Of a DNA stretch of 64,000 bases, positions 46,261-57,916 are shown piece after piece. Within the stretch, counting starts at the first letter, position 1, and each line of letters opens with the position of its first letter. The position numbers were made by a program, and so were the translations under genes. Below the pieces are notes generated by a model that saw nothing but the letters and a program-made list of their open reading frames with translations, did not search any database and was not told the DNA's origin. Where the stretch lies: contig MU008155.1 of assembly GCA_010909165.1 (NCBI GenBank), forward strand, positions 2,294,001 through 2,358,000, given 5' to 3'. The DNA is from Anthoceros angustus. Taxonomy: Eukaryota > Plantae > Anthocerotophyta.

Positions 46261-49137
46261 TCAATGCTCAATTTGGGACCTACCAGTTTCAGCTTTACTC
46301 CAAGGTTGCTTCTCATTCCCAACCAAAAAACTATGCACCCGGCCCTCCTCGTCTGTCCACCAGCTCTGACCTGGCTGCTTCCATGCTCTGACTTTCATTC
46401 TCCTTGCCTGTGTCTTCTGTGCCTGCTCCCACATCTGGGCACCAGTGTATATGTTTGACATCAACACATATGCTGCGGCATCGTTCTTATCTAATTTCAC
46501 TGCTTCATTGAAGGCATGGCGTCCCACCTCCAGGTTGTCCCACTTTCGACAAGCAGCCAACAGAGTGTGCCAAACTGCAACGTTAGGCTGTACAGACATC
46601 GACCTTACTATTGCCAGTGCCTCACCCACTTGTCCAGCACGACCCAGGATATCCACCATGCATGTGTAGTGATCCTCCGTGGGAATGATGCCATAGTGTC
46701 TGCTCATAACCTCAAAGTACTCCCGGCCCTTGTTCACTAGGCCTCCGTGACTGCACACTGTCAGGACACTAAGGAATGTGACGCCATCTGGCTGGACACC
46801 ATCTTTTCTCATTCTTTCGACCAAGTCAAAGACAGCTTGGCTCTCTCCTTGGCAGGTATAACCTGCAATCAATGAATTCCAGGCAATAATACCTCTTTCA
46901 GGCAAAGTATAGAACAACTGCTGTGCATCAAGCATGCTTCCTGACTTTCCATACATGTTCATCAAACTGCTCGCCACAAACACATCAGCCTGAAGCCCTT
47001 GTTCTACAATCTGGGCATGTAGCTGCCTCCCTACACACAGAGCTGCCACATCTGCACATGCCTGCAGGAGGCACACAAATGTGATGGCATCGGGTACAGC
47101 CATGCCTTCTTTTTGCATATCGCTGTAGAGACAAAGGGCTTCCTGCCCCATGCCCTGCTGGGAATACCCTGCTATCATGGCGTTCCACGTCACCGCATCT
47201 TTTTGAACTAGTTCATTGAACACTGCCTGAGCATCCTCCAAGCTGCCACACTTTGCATACATGTTCACCAGACTGCTGGAGACAAACACATCGGCCTCCT
47301 GTCCTTTTTCTCTAATCTGCACATGAAGCTGCTTCCCCTTCTCCAGGGCTGGGGTACCGACACTCGCACATGCCTGCAGGAGGCATACCAGTGTCACTGC
47401 ATTAGGTACAGCGATGCCTTCTTCTTGCATACCACTGTAGAGACACAGGGCTTCATGCCCCATGCCCTTCTGAGAATACCCTGCTATCAGGGCAGTCCAT
47501 GTCACCACATCTTTCTGGCCAAGTCCGTCAAACACTCTCTGAGCATCTTCCAAGCTCCCACACTTTGCATACATGTTCACCAAACCACTCGCTAAAAACA
47601 CATCAGCTTGCTGTCCTTGATCTCTTATCTTCACATGAAGCTGCTTTCCCATCTCCAACGCTGGGCTGCCCACACTCGCACATGCCTGCAGGAGGCACAT
47701 GAATGTCACGGAATTGGGTACAGCCCGGTGTTTCTGCATAGAAATGTAAAGTCTAAGGGCTTCCCGCCCCATGCCCTGCTGAGAATACCCTGCTATCATT
47801 GCATTCCATGTCACCACATTCTTCAGACCAAGTCCATCAAACACAGCTTGCGCATCTTCCAGGCTGCCACACTTTGCGTACATGTTCACCAAGCTATTGG
47901 CTACAAACAAATCGGCTTCAAGTCCTTGCTCTCTGATTTCTGCATGGAGTTGCTTCCCGCTCTCCAATGCTGCGGTCCCCACGCTTGCACACGCCTGCAG
48001 AAGACACACAAACGTGACAGAATTGGGTACAGCGAAGCCTTGCATACCAATATACAGATAAAGGGCTTCCTGCCCCATGCCCTGCTGAGAATACCCCCCA
48101 ATTAGAGCATTCCACGTCACCACGTCTTTCTCACCGAGTCCGTCAAACACTCTCCGAGCTTCTTCCAAGCTGCCACATTTTGCGTACATGCTCACAAGGC
48201 AGTTCCAGACAAACAAATCGGGCTCCACACCACTGGCCAACACATCAGCATGCACCTGCTGCCCAGACTCCAAGTCGGCGCCTCTTGCACAAGCCTGAAG
48301 GGCTGCCACAAACACATGCCCATCCGGCCTCACACCGGACCTGCGCATCCGATGATACAGTTGTACAGCCTGCTTGTCCTGCCCGTGTCTGACATGAGCA
48401 GAAATCATGGAAGACCATGTGAAGGCATCCGGTTCCACAACCAACTCAAACACCTCCATCGCCTCTTCCAACCTGCCATGAGAAGCATACATTCGCAGAA
48501 TGTGATTGCACAGGAGAGTGTCTGCCTGTAACACCTTCTCCCCCGTGAGAGCGTGGACACGGCTACCCAGAACCAGATCCTTCTTGGCAGCACACTTCTT
48601 CAGGACAGTGTAAAAGAGAGACTTGGAAACACAGCTCCCCCTCCGCACTAGAATTTCCAATGCCTCAACGGCCTCAGCGAGATGGCCCTCACGACAAAGC
48701 CAGCTCACGGTTTCAGCTGTCACGCCCCTATCGTAACCTGCAGGCCCGCGAGAGTGAGGACCATCCGGTAAGCTCCGGTCAGGGGGACATGAACCCATGT
48801 CCCGAGCAGACAGCTGCGCATCCACCCAAGCTGGCTTGCAGCGATTGTTCAACCAGAGGACCTCCTGGGGCTGCCTGTGCCGGAAGTCAGGCGGCCGGAT
48901 GCTGCTCTTATCCTGCCTCTCGTCCCAGCACAGTGCGGGCTCCTTACAATGTTGCAGCCACAAATCCTCCTGCCCGCCTACATCGCTGGAAGACCCGTCT
49001 CCAGCCAGGAATCCTCTGGGACGGGCTGTCCTACTTGCAAAAGTGCTCCACCTCCCGACTTGGTTGTGCGCCAACCGTTGATTTCTTGTCAAGCGACCGG
49101 AAGCTCTTGGCACAATAGCTGTAACTCCGCCAGCCAT
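46261..49137 (-). CDS. Intronless PLS-class PPR protein (958 aa) with N-terminal targeting-peptide-like region and E/E+ end with WW-type PG box; no DYW
   Basis: Repeated P-L-S triplets (LVNMYAKCGSLEDAQ / VVTWNAMIAGYSQQGMGQEAL / VTFVCLLQACA); E domain VWHTLLAACRKW, YVLMSNIY; AWKQPGQSWWTDEEGRVHSFLVG. Confidence 0.95.
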   Translation of the reverse strand: MAGGVTAIVPRASGRLTRNQRLAHNQVGRWSTFASRTARPRGFLAGDGSSSDVGGQEDLWLQHCKEPALCWDERQDKSSIRPPDFRHRQPQEVLWLNNRCKPAWVDAQLSARDMGSCPPDRSLPDGPHSRGPAGYDRGVTAETVSWLCREGHLAEAVEALEILVRRGSCVSKSLFYTVLKKCAAKKDLVLGSRVHALTGEKVLQADTLLCNHILRMYASHGRLEEAMEVFELVVEPDAFTWSSMISAHVRHGQDKQAVQLYHRMRRSGVRPDGHVFVAALQACARGADLESGQQVHADVLASGVEPDLFVWNCLVSMYAKCGSLEEARRVFDGLGEKDVVTWNALIGGYSQQGMGQEALYLYIGMQGFAVPNSVTFVCLLQACASVGTAALESGKQLHAEIREQGLEADLFVANSLVNMYAKCGSLEDAQAVFDGLGLKNVVTWNAMIAGYSQQGMGREALRLYISMQKHRAVPNSVTFMCLLQACASVGSPALEMGKQLHVKIRDQGQQADVFLASGLVNMYAKCGSLEDAQRVFDGLGQKDVVTWTALIAGYSQKGMGHEALCLYSGMQEEGIAVPNAVTLVCLLQACASVGTPALEKGKQLHVQIREKGQEADVFVSSSLVNMYAKCGSLEDAQAVFNELVQKDAVTWNAMIAGYSQQGMGQEALCLYSDMQKEGMAVPDAITFVCLLQACADVAALCVGRQLHAQIVEQGLQADVFVASSLMNMYGKSGSMLDAQQLFYTLPERGIIAWNSLIAGYTCQGESQAVFDLVERMRKDGVQPDGVTFLSVLTVCSHGGLVNKGREYFEVMSRHYGIIPTEDHYTCMVDILGRAGQVGEALAIVRSMSVQPNVAVWHTLLAACRKWDNLEVGRHAFNEAVKLDKNDAAAYVLMSNIYTGAQMWEQAQKTQARRMKVRAWKQPGQSWWTDEEGRVHSFLVGNEKQPWSKAETGRSQIEH

Positions 49138-51491
49138 GGCTAGCGGGGACGGGCGCTGATGAACCTATGGATGCAAGAATGCGAGATGCACTGACCCGTC
49201 TCTCATCACCACATGGGATCTCACGACGCCCTTGGGGCGCGAGCAACCTCGAGATCATCAGGACACGTTGTGATTTGAGAAATTTGAGCACGCGGAGCAG
49301 ATCTTCCTTGAAAACCATATGAGCTCATCCAGGCAAGGGAAGGCAAAGCCAAGCGCAAGAAGTCACCGTTTTCTCACGCAAAGCGGCGCCAGAAGTATCT
49401 TGTTTTTTCTTAGAATTCTCCTCCTTTGGATCACTAGAAAATGGGGTACCTATTATCTTCTTGGTCCTTGGTGAACTACATGTTTAAGGTATGAGTGACC
49501 TATTTTATTGTGACGTCTTTGAGGACCAGTTCCTTTGTATAGGAATTTTTTTTTATCATAGGTACGATGCTGGCCTACATGCTGCACAACCAGCCTTCCT
49601 AATAAAGCTCTTTGAGACTTCTCATAGGAGGCTTATAATGACCTATATTTCGTAACGTCCTTAAGATCTTTGATATAGGAAAAAACAACTATTTACAACC
49701 AAGAATGTTAAACGAACTATAAGACATAGACAATTGAGATATGCAACAGATCTACATGATCGCTGTTAAATGTAACAAGTGGAGGAGAAGGCCATAGAGA
49801 AAGAAACATCTCCTAAATCAAGTAGAAATAGTGTAATAATGACGTCTTAGCTTTAATATGGTGGATAAAAGACTTGATCTCTCAATTGGATAATCGTGGC
49901 CCGATGGATCGCTAACTCTAGTCTTTACCGCTGTTGCCCGTAAGGCCCACAATAGGCCGAAGATCAACTTATGGATAGCAAGTGGTATATGGAAGTGGTC
50001 AATCATTGTAGATGATAGGTGATGTTGATAGTCAAAAAGGTGTACCTAGACTGCATTCGATTTCTCTCATGTGATTGATGCTTCAGGTAGAAAGGAAAAA
50101 AGGCAAATACACAATGGGAAATAGTTGCTCGAAAAGAAAAGCAATAAAACAATTAAATTTTAGTTTTATAAGGGGGTTTGCCTGGAGAAATGCATCTATC
50201 AGAGTCTTTCATTGAGAAAGAGGATCGAGCAGATTGCACCAAAATTGATTTGAACAGCGAATAGCTGTATACAATTAAAAAAAAAGATTATCAATAGATA
50301 AAAGTCTTCGGTTGTCCATAAAGCAAATGGTTTTTTGAAGCGCATGAGATGAGTTCAAAGATGTGATTGGGTTTCGTTGTTTCAAATTCTCATAAACCAA
50401 CTAGGAGCACTAGGGGAGAAAAGAAAGTTGACAACCATACGTTTTTATAAGATGTAAATATTCATTTGTTCTATTATTTCTTGCACCCAATCCTCCTCAT
50501 TCTCTACAAGCTGCCTCTTGTAGGTATGGAAATCTATTATAGGAAGATTTGCACTAATTGAAATGTATAATCACCTTAGAGATAGAGTTTGATCACATAT
50601 ACGAAATATTATCTAGTCAAGATTTTGCATACACCTTCATATATTCATACTAGTTACACTCACACCCTTAGTGGTCCTTTGGTAGTTTCAAACAAATAGA
50701 GGCAATAACAACATGGGATGACAAGATGTTACGGTTATCCTGTCTTGTATTTAAGATTAAAATAAATAAATAATTATTTCTACCTTAAATTAATTTGATT
50801 ATAAGTTAATATAAAGAAAAATCTGTCACCTTCCTACTTGGGAGGAACGATCACAGTTCTTAGTGTTACGTATGCGTGTCTCCGGTAAAAGCTAGACCTA
50901 CATACATAGGTAGGTACCACGGGGGGAAGGGCATACATGGAGGTATATAATAGGTAAGCGAGTTTTAACGGAGTAGGAGTGAGTGGTACGGAGAGCTTTA
51001 GGGTTGTGGGCAATTTTGCGGAAGCGCTCTTCCCCGGCTCTAGGCTACACGATAGGCTGGGTTTGAGATCCCTGTCTGCTGAGGTGCCGCCTCACTTAGG
51101 CTTTCGTGGATGCTGGGGCTCGCCCTCGCAATATCGTGTCCGCCTCCAAATCCAGTGGATCATGTCCAGTCGACGTTGTGCCCAGAGGCTGCGGCGGCGG
51201 CGGCGGCAGCAGGAGCAGCAGCAGCAGCAGCAGCATTTAGGGGCGCTGTGAGACGATCGCTCGCACTTAGGTTGTCCAGGTAACGGATGCGAATGTTGCA
51301 GCCACCCGGTGTCGCATGGGCTCGGCAACAGAATATGCAGGGCATGGCTCTGGACTCTGGGGGCGGGGGAGGAGGAGAGTAGGTAGTGGAGACATGCAGG
51401 CTCAGGGTTGGCTAATCGGTCTGTGTGCATTTTTCGCTTATAGGGGTTGGGAGCAGCACGGTTGGGGTTAGCCGGCTGGCTCAGGGAAAGC

Positions 51492-54400
51492 ATGAAGACA
51501 GAGGAGGGAGCTGTGGTGTGTGGCGGGCAAGAGCATGAGGAGCCAGAATTGGTAGGTCCTGGCTGCTCTGGAATGCTTGTCGGCAGTGGCAGTGGCAGTG
51601 GAAGTGGCGGTGTGTCCGTACATCAGAGTTGGGTCTGTCCTCTATGCGCAAGAGATGTTCGGTAGTTGCTGATAGGTTTGCTTAATTCTATGCTTATTTC
51701 ATGTGCAGATCCACCCATGTCCGTGTGATGGGGGCTCCACATTGGCAGTTGGAAATACAGGGTTATGGGGGTGCTCTAAGCAGTCATCAGCTGTTGATGC
51801 GTGCCTACTGTGTGCTGCCAGGGGTAGTCAGGCAGGCAAAGGAAAATCTGCGCCCAAGGGGGGACCGAAGAAATTCGCAGAGGATGCACACAACCGGAGC
51901 ACTAGGAGGCATGTCAAATCAGATCAATCTTGTAAGGGAGTGAAGCGGCTGCGGAGCGCGCTGACTAATGGGGGAGTCGCCTCTAAGGGCGAAGCTGGTG
52001 ACCACACGCAGCAAGCGAGGATGGACAAGCAAGATAGTGATGTGAACATGGATGACAAGGGATTGAGGCCTGTCACTTCGTCGGTTGCAGATCCCAGCAA
52101 GGTCTGCCTATCATGCTACTGTCATGCCACAAGAAATCACTCCTTTTACGTTCTCTGGGGAGCAGTTGGAAGTTGAATATGGTTTGTTAATGGTTCCTGG
52201 TTTGCAGACTTTGCCATGCCTTAGGTGTTGAGGAGGTGTTGATGCTTTTGGTGGCCTTTTTCGTAACAGGCGGATGTTCCTCTTCTTGGTCGACGCTTCA
52301 GTGATGTGCCAACAAGTGTCCCTATAAAGAAACGTAGGCTGCTTAATATGGCAGCAGTGGCTCGCTCTCCGTCACCGCCTCCTCCCACTCCTCTCGGGCC
52401 TGCGCAACCTGAGTCCATACCTGACATCAAGCCAGAGGTTATTTCACAGGACGTAGAGGATGCAGACATGGCTGAAGGTGGCTTGCCCGAAGATGATGGA
52501 CGACATGCATCAGCTGCTGCTGCTGATAAGGATCAGGTTGATAGGTCAGAAGGTTTGGCCTCCAGTAAGGTTTTGGGTGCTGCTGAAGGTGCTAGCCAAG
52601 GAAAGGAGGATGTTGTTGCATATGAAAGGCTTAGAGAGGATGCAGATAGCAGACGAGAGATTTTGCAGGAGGTTGCTAACGTGGGTGCAGATGCTGGAGT
52701 TGTTGACATGGAAACAGCACACCTCCCAGTTGCACCTCCAGAATCTGCTGTGGAAGAGGGATCAAAGCCTGAGCATGTGGTCGAAGGAATGATTCACTCC
52801 AAGTTGCCGGTGGAATCGGTCGCTGAAGTTGTGAAGAAGGAGGATGATCAAGGGCCATCTCCAAGTATGCCAGAGTTGTTGACCGACTCCCCGGCTCAGA
52901 GAGAGGCAGCACTGACAGACGTCAAGTGTGAAAGTAACTGCCAGGAGTCTCCGGCTTTGGCCGTGACAAAATCGCCTGGGGTCGAGAACTCTCAGTTGTG
53001 TGTTAGTGGCCCGTCTGCAGAGGCTGATGGTAGCCACGGCTGCAGATCTCCAGTTGCTGGGGATGGGACGGAGCAAGTGAGGAAGGGAGCTGTGGAGACT
53101 CCGAAGAGCGCCTCAAGAAGACTTGAAGTAGGAGGAAGCAGTCATGTGGATGCTGGAAGTTCCCAAGCCGTGGACGAGAAGGGGCGCGGTGGCTCCTTCG
53201 AGAGAAGTAGCAGTCGAGACGTTCGGTTTCATTGGGACCTGAATATGGACATGGCGGAATGGGAAAGGCCCACAGAGGAGGGAGAAGGGGTGGTGAGTGC
53301 TGCTCGTCAGTCTGAGGCGGATTTTGGTAACGGCTACCATAGGCAGAAACAGCAAGGCAGGGCGGAAGCAAAATCGAAGCCGGAGACGGACAGAGATCAC
53401 AACGTGAGGAGTGAGGTTAGCGGGCATGCCGAGAGAGAGTCATCAGCTGATGCACAACGCGTGGACATTGCTGAGTCCATCGAGTTCGACGAGCATGAGT
53501 TCGACGAAGAGGATGACCCTGTCTTGGACGGTGACAAGGTGGGTGGGTCCAAGGCCCCTGAGAGAGGTGCCGACAAGTCCCTTACGGCGGCGGAGGTCCC
53601 TGGGAGGAGTGCGGAGAACTGGAATCTCTCTGGTGAACCAGAAGAATTCGAAGCGGAGCATGTTGACTATGGGGATTCTGATATCAACGACATGGGAGGA
53701 GAGCCTGACGAAAGGGGATCCGGTGCTCAGCAGGCAGAGTCTCGGTGGAGAGGAGATGAGCAGGCGATAAGCACGGGGGAGGGTGTGGAGTCGAGGCCCA
53801 CCCGGAGGTTGAAGTCGACAGCCGGAGGGGATTATGCCTCTCGCGAGACAAGTGCGAGGGATGGGAAGGGAAGGTTTGGTGCTTCAGCGGATGCTGGAGC
53901 GGAGAAGCGTATGCAGTTGAGTGGCACAGCTGTAGGGAGGATGGCAACAGGTAGAATATCTGAAGACAGGTTAACCAAGCCCTCCGACACTGGGTTTAGT
54001 CCTGCTCTGACGGATCGCAAGCCCAAGGAAGGGACGAATAGGAGGGAGGAGAAATGGAGCCAGGCAAGCCGAGATGTGCCTGCAGCGGGCCCGCCATACG
54101 GCAAGCGGTCGGAGGGGCCATCACGGATGAAATCAACGGGCTGGGATCAGCTCCCCGAGGGCTTCGAGTCCCCTGCAGATGCATTAAGGGCCGTGAAGGA
54201 TCCAGGGCGAGTCAGCCGGCCGTCGTTATGGAGTGGTCCCATAGGGCGAGGAAGCAGCCCGGCCGCCCCTGCGAGCAGCAGGTTTAGTGGTCCAGGGAGG
54301 GCAGCATCCGCACGGTTGGAACCTATAGGGGAAAGGGCCAGAGGTGATGATGGTCCCTGGGCAAGAGATGACGGCACACGAGGGCGCCGGTGAGTAGTCG

Positions 54401-56096
54401 ACTAACGTTAAGCGTTGCCAGTGGATGAAGCTAGCTGACACACTCACCCACGTTTTGCTGAGCAGAAAAACACAGGTTGTGGAGATTGAAATGTGTCCTA
54501 ACAAATTCAGGGCGGTCTTTCTGCAGAGTGGAGGAGGCTCTGGAGATGAGCCCTCGAGTATCTTCCCCGAGAGAGATGGGCAGAGGCAGGAGCCGAGGCA
54601 GGGGAGGATCTCCAGCAGGTGGGCGGGGCAGGGGACCCTGGATGGATGGACCCAACGGGCCATGGGGCCCGGCCAGGCACCCCTCTCCTCCCCCAGGCCG
54701 ATTCGACATGGGCTTCGGAGGGCCTGGCCCTCGGGGCCCTGCCAACGCCGCGGCTGTGGCTGCCGCCAAGGTGGAGAGCAGCGGCTTCGTGGTGGCTCCT
54801 GACGGCACCATCACCAAGCCAGAGAGTCCCGGCGGGAGCAGGGGCGGCGAGGAGGCAGGGGCCTGGGGCCGGGCATGTTCAGGGGCCCGGGGATGGGCAT
54901 GGGCGTCGGGCCCGGTATGGGCGTGGGCATGCGGGTCGGCATGGGCCTGAGCCGGGGCATGGGCATGGGCCCTGGGATGGGCATGAGCGTGGGCATGGGC
55001 ATGGGGCCCGGGATGGGCATGGGCGTGGGCCCCGGGGTGGGCATGGGCATGCCGGGCCGGGGCGCGCCGGGCGGGAGAGGAGGCCGCGGGATGATGGAGA
55101 GCTTCAACGGGCCGACGTACGGTAGAGGGATCCCTCCCTTCCTTCGGCCTCCAGACTTGAGGAGTTCCCGCCGGAGAGCAACAACAACAACCACCACCAC
55201 TGGATGCGGCGGGAACGGAGCCCGTCGCCTCCTCTGAACCGGCCGCGCGGGCGCTACATCCACAGCCCGCTCAGGTCCAGATCCAGGTCCCGGTCGCGCT
55301 CCTGGTCGCCGCCCCGCCGCGGCAGGGGAGTGGTCGGGAGGAAGCGGAGCAGGTCGCCGGGGCTGGGGCTGGGGCTGGGGAGGCGCGGGTAGTGGAGCCG
55401 CTGTCTCCGGCCCGGAGGTCGGTGCCGCCACCGCCCAAGCTTCCGCTGCCACCGCCCCCAAGGAACCAGCGGTCGCCGCCCGCGGGGCTGAAGCGGCTGA
55501 ACGACAAGAGGGATGTGGAATCCAGGCCCAGGAGCGGGAGCGGGAGCGAGACCGGGCGCCGCGTCACGTCCGGACTCCGCCTCGGAGGACCTCTCCTCAC
55601 GTGGTGCATGGGTCGTCCCTCATGGACGAGCGCGACCGGGCTCTGCTGGCGGGGCATCAGGCATGTGTCGCCGCCTGCTGGTCGGCACCGGCAGGACGGA
55701 GCTGCCGCGCCGGTCGGGGACGCGGGAGCCGGGGCGGCGGGGATGGGGATGGAAGCGGGACCAGGTGCGGGCGTCATGGGCTTGGATTCCAGGGACGGCG
55801 GGGCAGGGAGGGCGAGCCGGTCGGGATGAAGGCGGAGCGCGGGAGAGAGGCCGGGTTTTCACGACAGGGATCGGCGGCGAGAGGAGGAGAATGTGAGTAG
55901 GCCCGCATCCAAGTTCAGCCAGGCGCGGCCCGGTCCTGGGCCGGTGGCGGGTGTGGTGGCAGGCCGGCTGTTGGAGCCGGGTGAGCAGCTTCAAGTCGTC
56001 CTACGCCAGCAGCCGGGAAGGGATGACGATGTGGCTCCCGCCGCCGAAGGCCCTCGCCTTGATTGTGATTGTGCGCAGTCGAAGTGGAAGGGCTAG
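51492..56096 (+). CDS. Large low-complexity nuclear protein, AT5G13590-like; multi-exon, apparent frameshifts in the GC-rich 3' part; ends approximate
   Basis: Conserved islands VPIKKRR, FHWDLNMDMAEWE, AAAKVESSGFVVAPDGTI; GPGMGM repeat; RS/SP-rich tail. Confidence 0.6.
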
Positions 56097-56512
56097 CTGT
56101 TGCCTAGGTCGCGGGTTTTTGTGGCGACACTGTTGTCTGTCTGTCGGTTGCCGGCGTTGTCGTGCCTTGGCCTTTGCTTGCGCCCTTAGCGTTTTTTTGT
56201 CGCAGTGCAAAGCGCTGTGAGCTCCCTTTGTTGACTGACATTCAGCTCAGCTTGCTGCTTATGGAGCGCCTCGTTTTCAATAAACCCCAGAACTTGCCAA
56301 AGGGTGTAGGAGACAGGGGTAGGACAGGACAGGTGGCAGAGGACCGTGTCCCTTGGAATACTCGCAGATTGCATGGGTATGCGCCACCTGGCAGGCCACT
56401 TGTCGCGCCGGGACGAAGTCAGGTGCTGCAGTGAAATGGACGGTGTGGTCGGCTGCCGATCACGAAAGCACGAAAGCACGACGGCACGACGGCACGACAG
56501 CAGAAGAGAAGC

Positions 56513-57785
56513 ATGGTGAAGGCCGTAAGGCTTCACTTGGTGAGGGAAGGGCGCAGCACGGTGCAGTACGAGGAGGCGGAGGTGGCCCAGCCGGGGGCCG
56601 GGGAGGTGGAGGTTCGGCACACGGCCATTGCCGCGCACCTGTGGGACGAGCAGCTGAGCCGGGGGCACGGCGACGTGAGCATCCCGGAGCCTCTGCACCT
56701 GCCGCAGACGCTGGGCTTGGGGGCAGCAGGGGTGGTGACGGAGCTGGGGTCCGGGGTGCTCAACCTGCACATCGGGCAGCGGGTGGTGTACTCTACTCTG
56801 CCTGCATTCGGGCACCAGCCGAGTGCGGTTGCGGGTGCCCTTCGGGTCGTGTGCGCCACCGGCCTCGCCAACGCCCCGCTGGGAAGCTTCTGCGAGACCA
56901 GAGTCGTCCCAGCGGACTGCCTCGTCCCGGTGCCGGATGACATCCCGGAGCAGGCCGCGGCGGCCGTGTTCCTGCCGGGCCTGGTGGCGTGGGTTCTGCT
57001 CAGGAAGTTGAGCCACGTGAAGCCCGGGGACTCCGTGCTGGTGCACGACGTGAGCTCCGGCGGGGGGCTCGGCTGGCTGCTCTGCCAATGGCTGCGCGCC
57101 CTGGGGGCGTTTGTGGTGGGGACAGTGCGCTCGCAAAAGGAGGTCCTGCAGGCGGAGGTGAACGGATGTGCTCAGGCCCTTCTCCTGCCAAGCCCGGAGA
57201 GGAACCAGGGGAACCTGGAGGTCGCGCTGCCCGAGAGGGCAGCCCTGGACGCCGCTGCGGTCGATGGTAAAGCGCAGGATTTCGTGGACACCGAGCGTGA
57301 GACTATCAAGCAGGGGCAGCCTGGAGGCCACGGCGTGGAGGACGACGTTGTGGTTGAGCAAACTCTGGCCGCCACCGAGGGCAAAGGGGTGAAGCTGCTG
57401 TTCGAGGTCCAGCCGTGTCGCTTCGCACACTGTGTGGCGCCCAACGGAACGGTGGTGAGGTTGAAGGGGGTTTTGACGGATTACTTCACCTCGCGCTCCC
57501 AGCTGGTGGAAGCGTCGTCTGAGCTCTTTGACCTCGTTCGCAAAGCGGTGTTGCGTGTCCCCATCGGAAGCACGGTAATTTCCTTATTAATTTCTGTTAT
57601 GTTCCTAGTAATCAGCATCGGACACAAAGCACACAGCTTATTTATCTCTGTACTCCTCTTACTTGCAGTATCAGCTGCGAGCTGCCGGTGAGGCATTTGC
57701 CGACCTGTCTGCGCACGAAGTGGTTGGTGCAGCCATATTGCTGCCACCAATTCCAGATCCAAGGCTCAGTCCCCATGGTTCGTAG
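56513..57785 (+). CDS. Zeta-crystallin/quinone oxidoreductase-like MDR protein (divergent), one intron near the 3' end
   Basis: MVKAVRLH...PGAGEVEVRHTAI; GLGAAGVVTELGSGV...GQRV; GSFCETRVVPAD.LVPVPDDI; VKPGDSVLVH; last exon LRAAGEAFADLSAHEVVGAAILLP stop 57783-57785. Confidence 0.85.
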
Positions 57786-57916
57786 CGTTGACAGTGCCGG
57801 TTGTGAAAACTCGAAACTGGAAACTATTTTGCAATTTTACAATCCCTGGAGGGATGTCGCGGCTACAATTCAGCAAACCGAATGAAGTGGTATATGGCAT
57901 TGGGGAACATCACTGC

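Noticed and set aside
56186-57430. 414-aa minus-strand ORF
   Set aside because: Antisense shadow of the GC-rich QOR coding sequence; no recognisable motifs
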